Shown piece after piece: positions 1-9,900 of a stretch of 64,000 nt of DNA. The position numbers and the translations under genes were made by a program. Every line of letters begins with the position of its first letter. Within the stretch, counting starts at the first letter, position 1. The notes below the pieces were generated by a model. That model searched no databases. It was not told the origin of the DNA and saw only the letters and a program-made list of their open reading frames with translations. Source of the DNA: Clostridia bacterium (GTDB lineage: Bacteria; Bacillota; Clostridia; Oscillospirales; CAG-272); assembly GCA_017451915.1 (NCBI GenBank), contig JAFTNJ010000002.1, positions 7,357-71,356 on the forward strand. Direction: 5' to 3'.

Positions 1-2
1 GC

Positions 3-137
3 ATTGCCGTGGGGATTGTGGGGCTGGGGATGGTCCTGGTCAACTATCCTATGTATCAGTCGCTTTTGGACCGTCGGAAAAAGAAATATGCGCCCCGGAT
101 CATTCAGCTCAGCGAAAAGATCATGGGCGGTCAATAA
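3..137 (+). CDS. C-terminal end of an unidentified membrane protein; the CDS enters from upstream of the window
   Basis: The frame is open from the window edge to TAA 135-137 and translates ...IAVGIVGLGMVLVNYPMYQSLLDRRKKKYAPRIIQLSEKIMGGQ. It is missing from the ORF track only because no start lies in the window. No family recognised. Confidence 0.35.
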   Translation: MAVGIVGLGMVLVNYPMYQSLLDRRKKKYAPRIIQLSEKIMGGQ

Positions 138-177
138 AAATATAAAGAAAACAAATAAAAAAAGGAGAATGATTATC

Positions 178-480
178 ATGGGAGAATTTTTTAAGAAGGC
201 ATTTAAGGACATGAAGGAGAGTGCCAAGGCACAGCACGAGGTCGATAAGGCGGAATTTGCAGCCGTCAAGGCAGAGTCCAAGGCCAATTTTGAGGAGAAT
301 CGCGGTCACAATACCTTTGCCAAGGCGAAGGAGATGGGCAAGCAGAGCTGGGACGATGCCCATATGACCCCCGCGCAAAGAGCCGAGAGAACCCGACAGG
401 AGCAGGAGGCGCGGATTGCCGAGGCCAAGGCGAGAACCGAGGCTGCCAACGCCCGTTATGACGCCGCCAAAAAGAAATAA
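178..480 (+). CDS. small K/A/E-rich hypothetical protein (100 aa)
   Basis: ORF 4..480 trimmed to ATG 178, which lies 10 nt after AAGGAG 162-167. A strong terminator follows. No family recognised. Confidence 0.5.
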   Translation: MGEFFKKAFKDMKESAKAQHEVDKAEFAAVKAESKANFEENRGHNTFAKAKEMGKQSWDDAHMTPAQRAERTRQEQEARIAEAKARTEAANARYDAAKKK

Positions 481-502
481 GGTCAAAAGGAAAGTATTTC
501 CG

Positions 503-546
503 GCAAGGCCCCCGCAAAAGTGCGGGGGCCTTGCGATTTTTTTTTC
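503..546 (+). terminator. intrinsic terminator
   Basis: 13-bp GC-rich stem GCAAGGCCCCCGC (503-515) / GCGGGGGCCTTGC (522-534) followed by a T-run to 546. Confidence 0.85.
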
Positions 547-633
547 AAAAAAAGGGCAAAACGCAAACAAAACTTTAACATTTGTGTGTTACAATAGGGA
601 TAACTTCAAAAAAAGAACCCGGGAGGTTGAAAA

Positions 634-1305
634 ATGTTCAAAATTTTGGTTGTTGAGGATGACCGTGATTTGAATCGCAGCGTTTGCTCTTTTTTGAATC
701 ACAGCGGCTACCAGGCCGTAGGCTGCCTTGGCGCCGAGGATGCCTACGACGAAATGTACCGCACCACCTTTGACCTCATCGTTTCGGATATTATGATGCC
801 CGGCATTGACGGCTTTGAGTTTGCCAAGACCGTGCGGTCGCTGAACAACGATATTCCTATTCTGTTCATGACCGCCCGCGACGATTTTGCCTCCAAGCAG
901 CGGGGCTTCCGCATTGGCATTGATGATTATATGACCAAGCCCGTCGACCTGGATGAGCTTTTTCTTCGCATTGGCGCCCTTCTGCGCCGCTCCAAGATCG
1001 CTTCCAGCCGCCGCCTGGAGGTGGGGAGCTTTGTTATGGACGCCGACGAGCGCTCCGCCGTCCTCAACGGAGAGGAGATTCCTCTGACCGCGCGGGAATT
1101 CGACCTGCTTTATAAGCTTCTTTCCTATCCCAAAAAGACCTTTACCCGTACCCAGCTCATGGACGAATTCTGGGACGTGGATACCCAGACCGGCACCCGC
1201 ACCGTGGACGTGTATATGACCAAGCTCCGTGCCAAGCTGTCGGGCTGTGACGCCTTTGAGATCCAGACGGTGCACGGCCTGGGATATAAGGCGGTGATCA
1301 AGTGA
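634..1305 (+). CDS. OmpR-family response regulator
   Basis: Receiver motifs (VVEDD, DLIVSDIMMPGIDG, K in MTKP) plus a winged-helix C-terminus (LTAREFDLLYKLL...VDVYMTKLRAKL). The stop overlaps the next gene's start (GTGA). Confidence 0.9.
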   Translation: MFKILVVEDDRDLNRSVCSFLNHSGYQAVGCLGAEDAYDEMYRTTFDLIVSDIMMPGIDGFEFAKTVRSLNNDIPILFMTARDDFASKQRGFRIGIDDYMTKPVDLDELFLRIGALLRRSKIASSRRLEVGSFVMDADERSAVLNGEEIPLTAREFDLLYKLLSYPKKTFTRTQLMDEFWDVDTQTGTRTVDVYMTKLRAKLSGCDAFEIQTVHGLGYKAVIK

Positions 1306-2399
1306 AGCGGTCGGGTTGGGCAGGCAAGCTCCTGCAGGGGTTGTACAATTATTTTCTCTTTTTCTTTCTTTCGGCCTTCCTGGTTTCCTGTACGACCATG
1401 CTGTTTGTCAGCGTGCTGTCCGCGTCCCTGGAGGTCACCCTTACGGAGGAAAACCTGCAAATGGCGGCAAAGCTGACCTTTTTAAACGTCGTTCTCATCA
1501 GTACGCTGTTTACCCTGGTTGACGTCGTGCGCCGAAAGCTGACCACCGAAAAGGTGACCCGACACATCACCACGGCCGCCCGGGAGATCGTTAAGGGGGA
1601 TTTTGACGTCCGCATTGCCCCTATCAGTCACTTTTCGGCAGATGAAAACTACAACGTGATCATAGATTGCTTTAACACCATGGCCTCCGAGCTTGCCAGC
1701 GTGGAGACCCTGCGTACCGATTTTATCGCCAACGTGTCCCATGAAATGAAAACGCCCCTGACGGTGATGCAGAATTACGGTCGGCTGCTTCAGACCCCCG
1801 ATCTGTCCGAGGAGAAGCGTGTGGAGTACGCCAAGGCGATTACCGATGCCTCTCGCCGCCTGTCGGACATGATGACCAACATTCTCAAGCTCAACCGCCT
1901 GGAGAATCAGCAGATCTATCCCCGTGCCGAGGTCTACGATCTTGGGGAGCAGCTTTGCGAGAGCCTGTTGCAGTTTGAGGACGTGTGGGAAGCCCGCGGT
2001 ATCGAGATCGACACCGCCCTGGAGGAGCAGATCCTCGTCTCGGCCGATCGGGAGCTGCTGCTTTTGGTGTGGAACAATCTTTTTTCCAACGCCTTCAAGT
2101 TCACCGAGCAGGGAGGACGGGTTCGCCTTTCCCTGGCGGCCGAGGGGGAGTATGCCGTGGTGCGGGTGGAGGATACCGGTTGCGGAATGTCTCCCGAGGT
2201 CGGTGCCCATATTTTTGAAAAATTTTATCAGGGCGACACCTCCCACGCGTCTCAAGGCAACGGTCTTGGACTGGCCCTGGTCAAGCGGGTGGTGGATATT
2301 TTGCAGGGCGAGATCGGCGTGGAGAGCACCGTGGGGGTGGGAACCGCCTTCACCGTGCGGATTCGGAGGGTAGAGAATGCGTTGGAAGAAGCTCGGTAA
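1302..2399 (+). CDS. sensor histidine kinase (two N-terminal TM helices, HisKA, HATPase_c)
   Basis: H-box FIANVSHEMKTPLT, N-box WNNLFSNAFKF, G1 VEDTGCGM and G2 GNGLGLAL. Translationally coupled to the response regulator. Confidence 0.9.
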   Translation: MKRSGWAGKLLQGLYNYFLFFFLSAFLVSCTTMLFVSVLSASLEVTLTEENLQMAAKLTFLNVVLISTLFTLVDVVRRKLTTEKVTRHITTAAREIVKGDFDVRIAPISHFSADENYNVIIDCFNTMASELASVETLRTDFIANVSHEMKTPLTVMQNYGRLLQTPDLSEEKRVEYAKAITDASRRLSDMMTNILKLNRLENQQIYPRAEVYDLGEQLCESLLQFEDVWEARGIEIDTALEEQILVSADRELLLLVWNNLFSNAFKFTEQGGRVRLSLAAEGEYAVVRVEDTGCGMSPEVGAHIFEKFYQGDTSHASQGNGLGLALVKRVVDILQGEIGVESTVGVGTAFTVRIRRVENALEEAR

Positions 2400-3288
2400 G
2401 GCCCTTTTATTTCCCCCCATGGTCCTCATGCTCCTCCTGATTCCCGTGGCCACGGTGTTTCTCGTTTACGCCATGGTGGTTTTGGGAACCGAATCGGCCG
2501 TGGCTATTGTATCCTACGTTTTGGCGGCCTACACCTTAACGGTGTGGTGCTTCCGTATTCCTGCGCTGATCGTCTTTTTCAAAACCTTCAGGGAGGAAAA
2601 TAAGCTGGCAAGACGCTGGTTGGAGGACGATCGCCTGCGGGTTAACGTCTCTCTTTACGGATCGCTGATCTGGAATCTTGCCTACGCGATCTTTCAGCTT
2701 TGGCTGGGGATCTATCACCGCACCTTTTGGTTTGGTTCCCTGGCGGGCTATTATTTTCTTCTTGCCGTAATGCGCTTCTTTTTGGTGCGGTATACCGGAA
2801 GCCATCGGGCGGGAGAGCAGATCGAGGTCGAGCTGAAAAAATACCGCGCCTGCGGCTGGGTCTTTCTTTTAATGAACCTGGCCCTGGCCTTGATCGTTTT
2901 CTTTATGGTGTATTGGAATCGAACCTTCCGTCACCATGAGATCACCACCATTGCCATGGCGGCCTACACCTTTACTGCGTTTTCCGTTGCCATTGTCAAT
3001 CTGGTCAAATACCGCAAATATCACAGCCCTGTTTATTCGGCCTCCAAGGCCATCAGCCTTGCCGCGGCGTGCGTTTCTATGTTGACCCTGGAGTCGACCA
3101 TGCTCAATACCTGGGGGCAGGAGGGCGATGCATCCTTTCGCAGGATCATGCTGGCGGCCACGGGAGGCGTGATCTCCCTGTTTATCATTGCCATGGCGAC
3201 GGTTATGATCGTCCGGGGGAGCAGAGCACTGAAGCAAAGAACCGCAATGGAAAAAGAGAAGGAGAAGGGACATGGAAGAAAAGTCTAA
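2377..3288 (+). CDS. polytopic membrane protein of unknown function, co-operonic with the two-component system
   Basis: ATG 2377 lies 7 nt after GGAGGG and overlaps the kinase 3' end by 23 nt. About 8 hydrophobic helices. No family recognised. Confidence 0.6.
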   Translation: MRWKKLGKALLFPPMVLMLLLIPVATVFLVYAMVVLGTESAVAIVSYVLAAYTLTVWCFRIPALIVFFKTFREENKLARRWLEDDRLRVNVSLYGSLIWNLAYAIFQLWLGIYHRTFWFGSLAGYYFLLAVMRFFLVRYTGSHRAGEQIEVELKKYRACGWVFLLMNLALALIVFFMVYWNRTFRHHEITTIAMAAYTFTAFSVAIVNLVKYRKYHSPVYSASKAISLAAACVSMLTLESTMLNTWGQEGDASFRRIMLAATGGVISLFIIAMATVMIVRGSRALKQRTAMEKEKEKGHGRKV

Positions 3289-3679
3289 TCAAGGATTTAC
3301 CTACACGTATTCCGCCAAGGAGCAGGCCGAGATCCGCAGGATCCGGGAGAAGTACGCGCCAAGGGCCGAGGAAGAGGATAAAATGGAGCGGTTGCGCCGT
3401 CTGGATCTGCGAGTTACCCAACGAGCGCAAACGGTTGCGCTGATTCTTGGCGTGCTTGGCACCCTGGTCCTGGGGTTGGGAATGAGCCTGGTGATGTCGG
3501 ATCTGGGAGAGCTCCTGGGGGCGTATCGGAAGCTGGCCATGCCCTTGGGGATCCTTATTGGTGTGCTGGGGTGTATTCCCATCGGTTTTGCCTACCCGGT
3601 GTACCATGTCATCCTTCAGCGGGAGCGGGAAAAAATCGCCCCCGAGATCCTCCGCTTGACCGAGGAATTGCTCAAATAA
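3272..3679 (+). CDS. small membrane protein (135 aa; charged N-terminus, two TM helices)
   Basis: GGAGAAGGGA lies before ATG 3272, which overlaps the preceding gene. A terminator follows. Confidence 0.55.
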   Translation: MEEKSNQGFTYTYSAKEQAEIRRIREKYAPRAEEEDKMERLRRLDLRVTQRAQTVALILGVLGTLVLGLGMSLVMSDLGELLGAYRKLAMPLGILIGVLGCIPIGFAYPVYHVILQREREKIAPEILRLTEELLK

Positions 3680-3738
3680 CGCAGGACATTCCTGTAAAAT
3701 CGAGGTTTTGGGGAGTGTTTTTCGAAAAAAACCGGTTC

Positions 3739-3786
3739 CCATCCCCCCGCTGTTCGCCGCGAACAGCGGGGGGATGGTTTTTTGTT
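3739..3786 (+). terminator. intrinsic terminator ending the two-component operon
   Basis: Stem CCATCCCCCCGCTGTTCG / GAACAGCGGGGGGATGG with loop CCGC, then TTTTTTGTT. Confidence 0.85.
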
Positions 3787-3873
3787 TCTTCTTCCGGTGA
3801 CATCGGCGGTGGAAAAATGAAAATATACTGTAAATTTTTATAGTTGTATTTATTACTTTTTATATCAAGTCTA

Positions 3874-3902
3874 TTGCATATATATAAGAATCGTGATATA
3901 AT
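3874..3902 (+). promoter_or_regulatory. sigma-A-type promoter of the giant-lipoprotein operon
   Basis: TTGCAT 3874-3879, 17-nt spacer, TATAAT 3897-3902 preceded by TG (extended -10), set in a very AT-rich 140-nt gap. Confidence 0.6.
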
Positions 3903-3934
3903 GAAATATGTAACGAAAAATGGGAGGTGAAATC

Positions 3935-6859
3935 ATGAACAAACGACGTTTTTTGGCATTGCTTTTGCTTTGCTCCATGCTCTTTGGGATGATCTCGTGC
4001 CTTCCGGAGGAGGATGACGACGAAGATGTTTACGAGGGCGACATTCTCCTGCACTACTACGTGAATCACGAGGATCCCGCCGGAGAAATGGGCATGATCT
4101 GGGCCAGTGACGGCTGGACGGGTTGGAGCGATTTCCCCAAACGCTTCGGCTATCGCTTTATGGGCTTTTATCTGGATCCCGACTTTCAGACCCTTGCCGT
4201 GGATACCGAGGGCGAGGTTCTTCAGTACCCCGCGGAGGGCGAGCCCATGTATTCCCGCTGGGAGCCCCACACCTTCCACATTCAGTTCGAGGTGGGAACG
4301 GATTGCAAGCTGCTTTCGGAGAAGAATGAGATCGATCTGCTTTACGGAAGCACGGTGGAATCCCTCCCCTTGGCCGAAAAGGAAGGACTGCTCTTTGTTG
4401 GCTGGAAGGACGTCAACGGCAATCTGGTCTCCAACGGCGGCGAGCCTCTTCCCGCCCACAAGCTCTTTACCGACAAGGCTTACGTTTTTAACAGCTATCG
4501 GGCGGTGCTCTCCCCGGTCTTCCGTACCGATGCCTGCATCGTTACCTTTGACTACAACGACGGCACCGGAAAGACCGAGACGCTGGAGGTTCCCCGGGGA
4601 ACCTATCTTACCGAGTCCCAATTTCCCCAGATGGATGACGGAACCAAGCGGATTGCGGCGTGGTCTCTTTACTCCGGTGGAATGAGCAGCTTTACAGAGG
4701 AGATCAACGGGGACATTACCCTCTACGCCTCCTGGCAGAGATACAAACAGGTGACCTTGAACGATACGGTGGGCAAACAGACCACGGTTTACGTTTACGA
4801 GACCCAAGGCTTTGACCTATTGAGCTATGATGAGATCTTCCGCCCCGGCTATCTTTTGGAGGGCTGGTACGACAATGCGGCGTATTCGGGCAATCCGATC
4901 TCCAACCTGACCTATGAAACGGCGGCGGAAACGTATTACGCCAAATGGACCCAAGCAACCTACGTTATTGACTTTGATAAGCTTTCCGCCGGGGAGTCGA
5001 TTGCCTCCTTCACCTATCAAATGGGAGAGAGCATTGCTCTGCGGGAGCTTTCCCGCACCGGCTACACCTTTGAGGGCTGGTGCACCCGGGAGGATCTCTC
5101 GGATCCCCCCATCAAGGAGATCACCTCCGAGTTCTGGGGGTCCTACACCCTTTACGCCAAGTTCACCCCGGATCGTTACACCCTTTCCCTGATGCCCGAG
5201 GGCGGAGCCCTGGACAAGGACGGGATTGAGGTAGACTACGGCGGTTTCTATCAGCTCCCGGTTCCCGTACGGGCCGGAAGTACCTTCCTTGGCTGGTTTG
5301 ACGGCACGGGGAAGAACGCTACGGCTTATACCGACACCGACGGCAAGGCCTTGCAGGCGTATCCCCATCTGTCCAACATTACCCTGTATGCCCATTGGTC
5401 GGTTCAGACCTTTACCGTTCGCTTTGACTTTGGTAACGGCACGGAGGAATCCTATGTGTATTCCTACGGGGACCGTCTGCATTTCCCCAACGAGCCTGTC
5501 AAGGAGGGAATGTTCTTTGCCGGGTGGTATGACCGGGACTACGTCCGCAGCTACGATACCAACACCCCGGTGACCTCGGATCTGGTGCTCTGTGCCAAAT
5601 GGAGTGAGACCAATCCCTTGGCTGTGGGTTCGCCTCTCTATTTCGTGGGAGAGGTCAACGGCATAGTTCACTTCCGCGGACACTATTACAAAGTCTTCAA
5701 GATCACCAGCACCTGGGACCAGGCCCAAAGCCTTTGCGCGTCCATGGGAGGACATCTGGTGACCCTGACCAGTCGCAGCGAAAACGATTTCGTATTTCAG
5801 CTTTGCAAATCCAACGGGACCCATAACTACCATCTCGGTGCCACCGACCGCTCCTTTGAGAGCGTTTGGCAATGGGTGACCGGGGAGGAATGGGACTACG
5901 CCAACTTTGCTCCCTCCGAGCCCGGTGGAGGAACCGGCGAGAATTATCTTGCCTTTTGGACCGGCCGCTTTGACGGCAGCTGGGTGGATTATTCGGGCCA
6001 GGGCTACTTCGTTTGCGAGTGGGAGACCCAACCCGATCTGCTTTCCGGCATGGGGCAGTATAACGGCAACGCCTACCGGGTGTTTGCGGGCTCCTACAGT
6101 TGGGATCAGGCCAAGGCTCTTTGCGAGGCCTTGGGCGGTCATCTTGCCACCCTGACAACGGCGGGAGAGGATCGTTACGTTTACCAGCTTTGTAAGAGCA
6201 ACGGTGCCCTCACCTGCTATCTGGGCGCTTCCGATCGGGAGGCCGAAGGAGAATGGAAGTGGGTCACCGGTGAAAAATGGGAGTATTCCCGCTTTGCGGC
6301 CGGCGAGCCCAGTAGCGGAAGGAGCGAAAACTTCCTTTCCTTCTATTCGGGACACACCGACGGTGGCTGGAACGATTATTCCGGCTCCACCTCCTTTGTT
6401 TGCGAATGGGAGGCCGGGGACGTGGACGATGCCCTTTCCAATTTTGCCTACGTGATCAGCGATGACGCAACCTACAACGGCGCCTTCTATTACGCCGGGC
6501 ATTTGTACCAGATTCTTTCCGCCGAAATGGATTACGAGGCGGCGCAGGCCTACTGTCAATCCCTGGGCGGACATCTCGCAACCGTGGAAACCGCCGAGGA
6601 GAACGCCGCGCTCTATTCCTACATCTCCCGTTCGGGCAATATCTTCTGTGCCCTGGGAGGCTCGGATAAGGACGTGGAGGGAACCTGGGTGTGGGTCAAC
6701 GGCACGCCCGTTCCTGCTACCAACTGGGCAACCAACGAGCCTAACAACGCCAGCGGTGCCGAGCATTATCTGTATTTTGCGGAGGGCGGATACGGAACCT
6801 GGAACGATACTACTTGGCGCAACCGTTTCCTTTGCGAATGGGATTACTGTCCCCGATGA
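3935..6859 (+). CDS. lipoprotein with Listeria-Bacteroides (Flg_new/InlB B-repeat type) repeats and three C-terminal C-type lectin domains (974 aa)
   Basis: ORF 3920..6859 trimmed to ATG 3935 after GGAGG 3922-26. Signal MNKRRFLALLLLCSMLFGMISC carries a lipobox. GY-F-GW repeat motifs recur throughout. There are three W-DQA-CxxxGGHLATL...W-WVTGE...EP...FVCEWE modules. Confidence 0.85.
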   Translation: MNKRRFLALLLLCSMLFGMISCLPEEDDDEDVYEGDILLHYYVNHEDPAGEMGMIWASDGWTGWSDFPKRFGYRFMGFYLDPDFQTLAVDTEGEVLQYPAEGEPMYSRWEPHTFHIQFEVGTDCKLLSEKNEIDLLYGSTVESLPLAEKEGLLFVGWKDVNGNLVSNGGEPLPAHKLFTDKAYVFNSYRAVLSPVFRTDACIVTFDYNDGTGKTETLEVPRGTYLTESQFPQMDDGTKRIAAWSLYSGGMSSFTEEINGDITLYASWQRYKQVTLNDTVGKQTTVYVYETQGFDLLSYDEIFRPGYLLEGWYDNAAYSGNPISNLTYETAAETYYAKWTQATYVIDFDKLSAGESIASFTYQMGESIALRELSRTGYTFEGWCTREDLSDPPIKEITSEFWGSYTLYAKFTPDRYTLSLMPEGGALDKDGIEVDYGGFYQLPVPVRAGSTFLGWFDGTGKNATAYTDTDGKALQAYPHLSNITLYAHWSVQTFTVRFDFGNGTEESYVYSYGDRLHFPNEPVKEGMFFAGWYDRDYVRSYDTNTPVTSDLVLCAKWSETNPLAVGSPLYFVGEVNGIVHFRGHYYKVFKITSTWDQAQSLCASMGGHLVTLTSRSENDFVFQLCKSNGTHNYHLGATDRSFESVWQWVTGEEWDYANFAPSEPGGGTGENYLAFWTGRFDGSWVDYSGQGYFVCEWETQPDLLSGMGQYNGNAYRVFAGSYSWDQAKALCEALGGHLATLTTAGEDRYVYQLCKSNGALTCYLGASDREAEGEWKWVTGEKWEYSRFAAGEPSSGRSENFLSFYSGHTDGGWNDYSGSTSFVCEWEAGDVDDALSNFAYVISDDATYNGAFYYAGHLYQILSAEMDYEAAQAYCQSLGGHLATVETAEENAALYSYISRSGNIFCALGGSDKDVEGTWVWVNGTPVPATNWATNEPNNASGAEHYLYFAEGGYGTWNDTTWRNRFLCEWDYCPR

Positions 6860-6901
6860 ATTCGGGTTTGCATAAGATTTTAACCTTTGGAGGAGAACGT
6901 T

Positions 6902-9900
6902 TTGAAGAGAAGATTTTTATGGATCCTGTTGGGTCTGCTGCTCCTGGCGGTCTGCTTTACCGCCTGCGATTCGGGGGACGATCCCGACGTTGGCTCTCAG
7001 CAGGGCGGTGATGTTACCGTTACCTATTACATCACCGTAGGCGGCGAGGCGAATCAGTTCATCGCTTACGACGGTGTGCTGGAGCTCTACGATATCCCCG
7101 CGCGTATGGGATACGAGTTCCTGGGCCTTTACGATGCGCCCGAGGGCGGTAGCCAGATCGTAACGCCCATGGGCACCGGCAACGTGCAGGTTACCAAGCC
7201 CCTGACGCTGTACGCCCATTGGAGAGCACTCTCCTATACCATCACCTTCCTTCCCGGGGAGGGCTCCCTGCCCGAGGGGCAGAGCACGATGACGGTGCTC
7301 TACGGGGAGACCCTGAGCATCTTCCCGATTCCCGAGCGGGAGGGCTATGATTTCGTTGGTTGGGACGACGGTTACGGCGCCCTCTGCTCCACCGGCGGCA
7401 CGGTCAATGAGGACAAGAGAGTTTTTGACGAAAGCTCCTACTATTTTGTCAATACCGGCGTGACCCTCCGTGCCCAATGGAAGGAAAAGAAGCTTGCCGT
7501 GGTATTCGATTACAACGACGGCACCTACAAGACCGACGCTATGGAGGTGGCCTACGGTCTGCCTCTGGATCCCTCTACCTTCCCCCAGGTGGACGACGGA
7601 ACCAAGTTCATTACGGGCTGGTCCCTCAGCCGCAGCTCTCAGATCAACTTTGAGGGCAAGGTGACCGAGGATCTGACCCTCTACGCGATCTGGCAGGAGT
7701 ACAAGACCCTCTCGATCTATACCGAGATCGGTACCGAGCCCGAGCAGATCCGCATTTTCCGCAACGAGATCTTCGAGTGTCCCACCCCCACCAAGGATGG
7801 CTATTGGTTCGACGGCTGGTATTCCTCCACGCTCTTCTCGGGTCTGCCTCTGACCAACGTGACCTTTGGCGCGGGTGTCAGTGAGATCTACGCCAAGTGG
7901 ACCCCTGTGGAGTACAAGATCCAATTCGTAACCAACAACGGCACGTCCCTGCCCGACGGAAGCTATACCATTGAGACCTCCGTTACCCTGCCCACCCTGC
8001 AGAAGGATTATTGCAAGTTCCTTGGCTGGTGCATGAACGAGGATCTTTCGGACATTCCCATGCTCACCCTTCCCACGGGGCTGACCGGGGACATGACCCT
8101 GTACGCCAGCTTCCGCGGTGAGAACCGCGCCATGATCCTGGATCCCGACGGCGGCTTTGTTTCCAACAGCTTTATCACCGTGGAATACGGCAAGAGCTAC
8201 GTGCTGCCGGTTCCCATGCGGGACGGCTACGCGTTTGTTGGCTGGTACTCCGCGGACGGAGTTCAATACACCGATGCCAACGGCAACGCCCTATTTGAGT
8301 GCGATCTCACGGTGCCGGACATTTCCCTGATTGCAAAATACGACAAGAAATATTACGTTCTCTACGATTCCAATCTGACCGGTGCCGGCTCCATCACCGT
8401 CAACGAGTATTATCTGGCGGGAGAAACGGTTACGGTGGAGCTCAAGGTCAATCCCGGATACCGTTACATAAGCATGTCTTACAACGGCACGCCTCTGGTG
8501 ACCGGACTGAAATACACCTTTGTGATGCCTGAGGAGAACGTGACCATTACCGGTACCTTTGAGGCTTTGGTCTACCGCGTGGGACTCAATCCCAACGGCG
8601 GCTTCAGCAAGGACAACATGGCAACCCTGACCTTTGGTCAGTCGTATAGCCTGCCCGTGGCCTGGAAGACGGGAATGCTCTTTGTTGGTTGGCGTACCCC
8701 GGATGGGGAATTGCTCACCGACGAGAACGGCAACTCTTTGAAGGCATGGCACCTGACCGAGAGCATGAGCCTGGAGGCTTCCTTTGTGGAGAATCCCGAC
8801 GGTGACGCCTTCATTTTGGTGTACGACGTTGAAACCTTCCTTTCCATGAAGGAGAATCCCTCCAAGACCTACACTCTGGTCAGCAACATTGACCTGTTGG
8901 GTGTGACCTGGACTCCCTTCGAGTTCAGCGGCAACCTCAACGGCAACGGCTTTACCATTAAGAATCTGACCGTTACTACTTCCGCTGACTACGGCGGTAT
9001 GTTTACCACGCTGACCGGAACGGTGCGGGACCTCAATTTTGAAAACCTGACGGTCACCAATACCCAAACCGGCCTGAATCACACCGGCGGTGTGTGTGGC
9101 TACCTGAATTCGGGTACGCTGAATAACGTTCATATCAAATCGGGCAGCATTACGGCAAAGAATGCCGATCTGGGCGGTCTGGTTGGTAATATGAGCAAAA
9201 ACGGCGCCAACATCGTTAAAAATTGCAGCAACAGCGCACAGGTCCTCAACGAATCCACCTCGGGGCAGCGTGCTACCGGCGGTATCGTGGGTTATTACCA
9301 GAACAATGCCGGATTGGTTACCGATTGCGTTAACCACGGCGCGGTGTCCGGCTCCAACTGTGTGGGCGGTATCCTCGGTTATATGGAATTTACCGGTGTT
9401 CTTCCCACCCAAAACCTGATCAACTACGGTGAGATCAACGGTACGACCTACGTGGGCGGCCTGATCGGTCGCATTAACACGGGCTTGGATTCCTCCATCC
9501 AATGGAATTCCGTCAACCACGGTAAGGTAACGGGTACCACCTACGTGGGCGGTTTGATTGGTGAGCTCTATGCCTCCACCGGTGGAAATCGCACGCTGGT
9601 TCTGAGTGATTTTACCAACCACGGAGAGACCGTGGGAACCGAGTGTGTGGGCGGCGTGATTGGCCGAATCCACATCAGCTCGGGTGGCTACGTCAAGCTG
9701 GACGCCGCTAAACTGATCAACGACGGCGCGGTGACCGGACGCAACTACGTGGGCGGTCTGCTCGGTTACGGTTATACCGATACCGACGAATCCAAGATCG
9801 TCAACTCGCAAAGCAGCGGTGTCATTACGGCAGAGTACTACCTTGGCGGTATTGCGGGTAGGCTGGAGAACATTCAGCTGGATTCCTGCTCCAATAAGGG

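Noticed and set aside
4817-6766. 649-aa minus-strand ORF opposite the C-type lectin lipoprotein, and the 800-aa ORF 15338..17740 opposite the FN3 lipoprotein.
   Set aside because: The same argument applies. They are antisense shadows of well-supported + strand genes and have no recognisable motifs.
5681-6859. Possibility that the C-type lectin domains are targets of a diversity-generating retroelement.
   Set aside because: The domains are the classical CTLD type, not the DGR-type CLec fold. No reverse transcriptase gene lies in the window. No near-identical template repeat of any module's 3' end is visible; the three modules are only distantly similar to each other.
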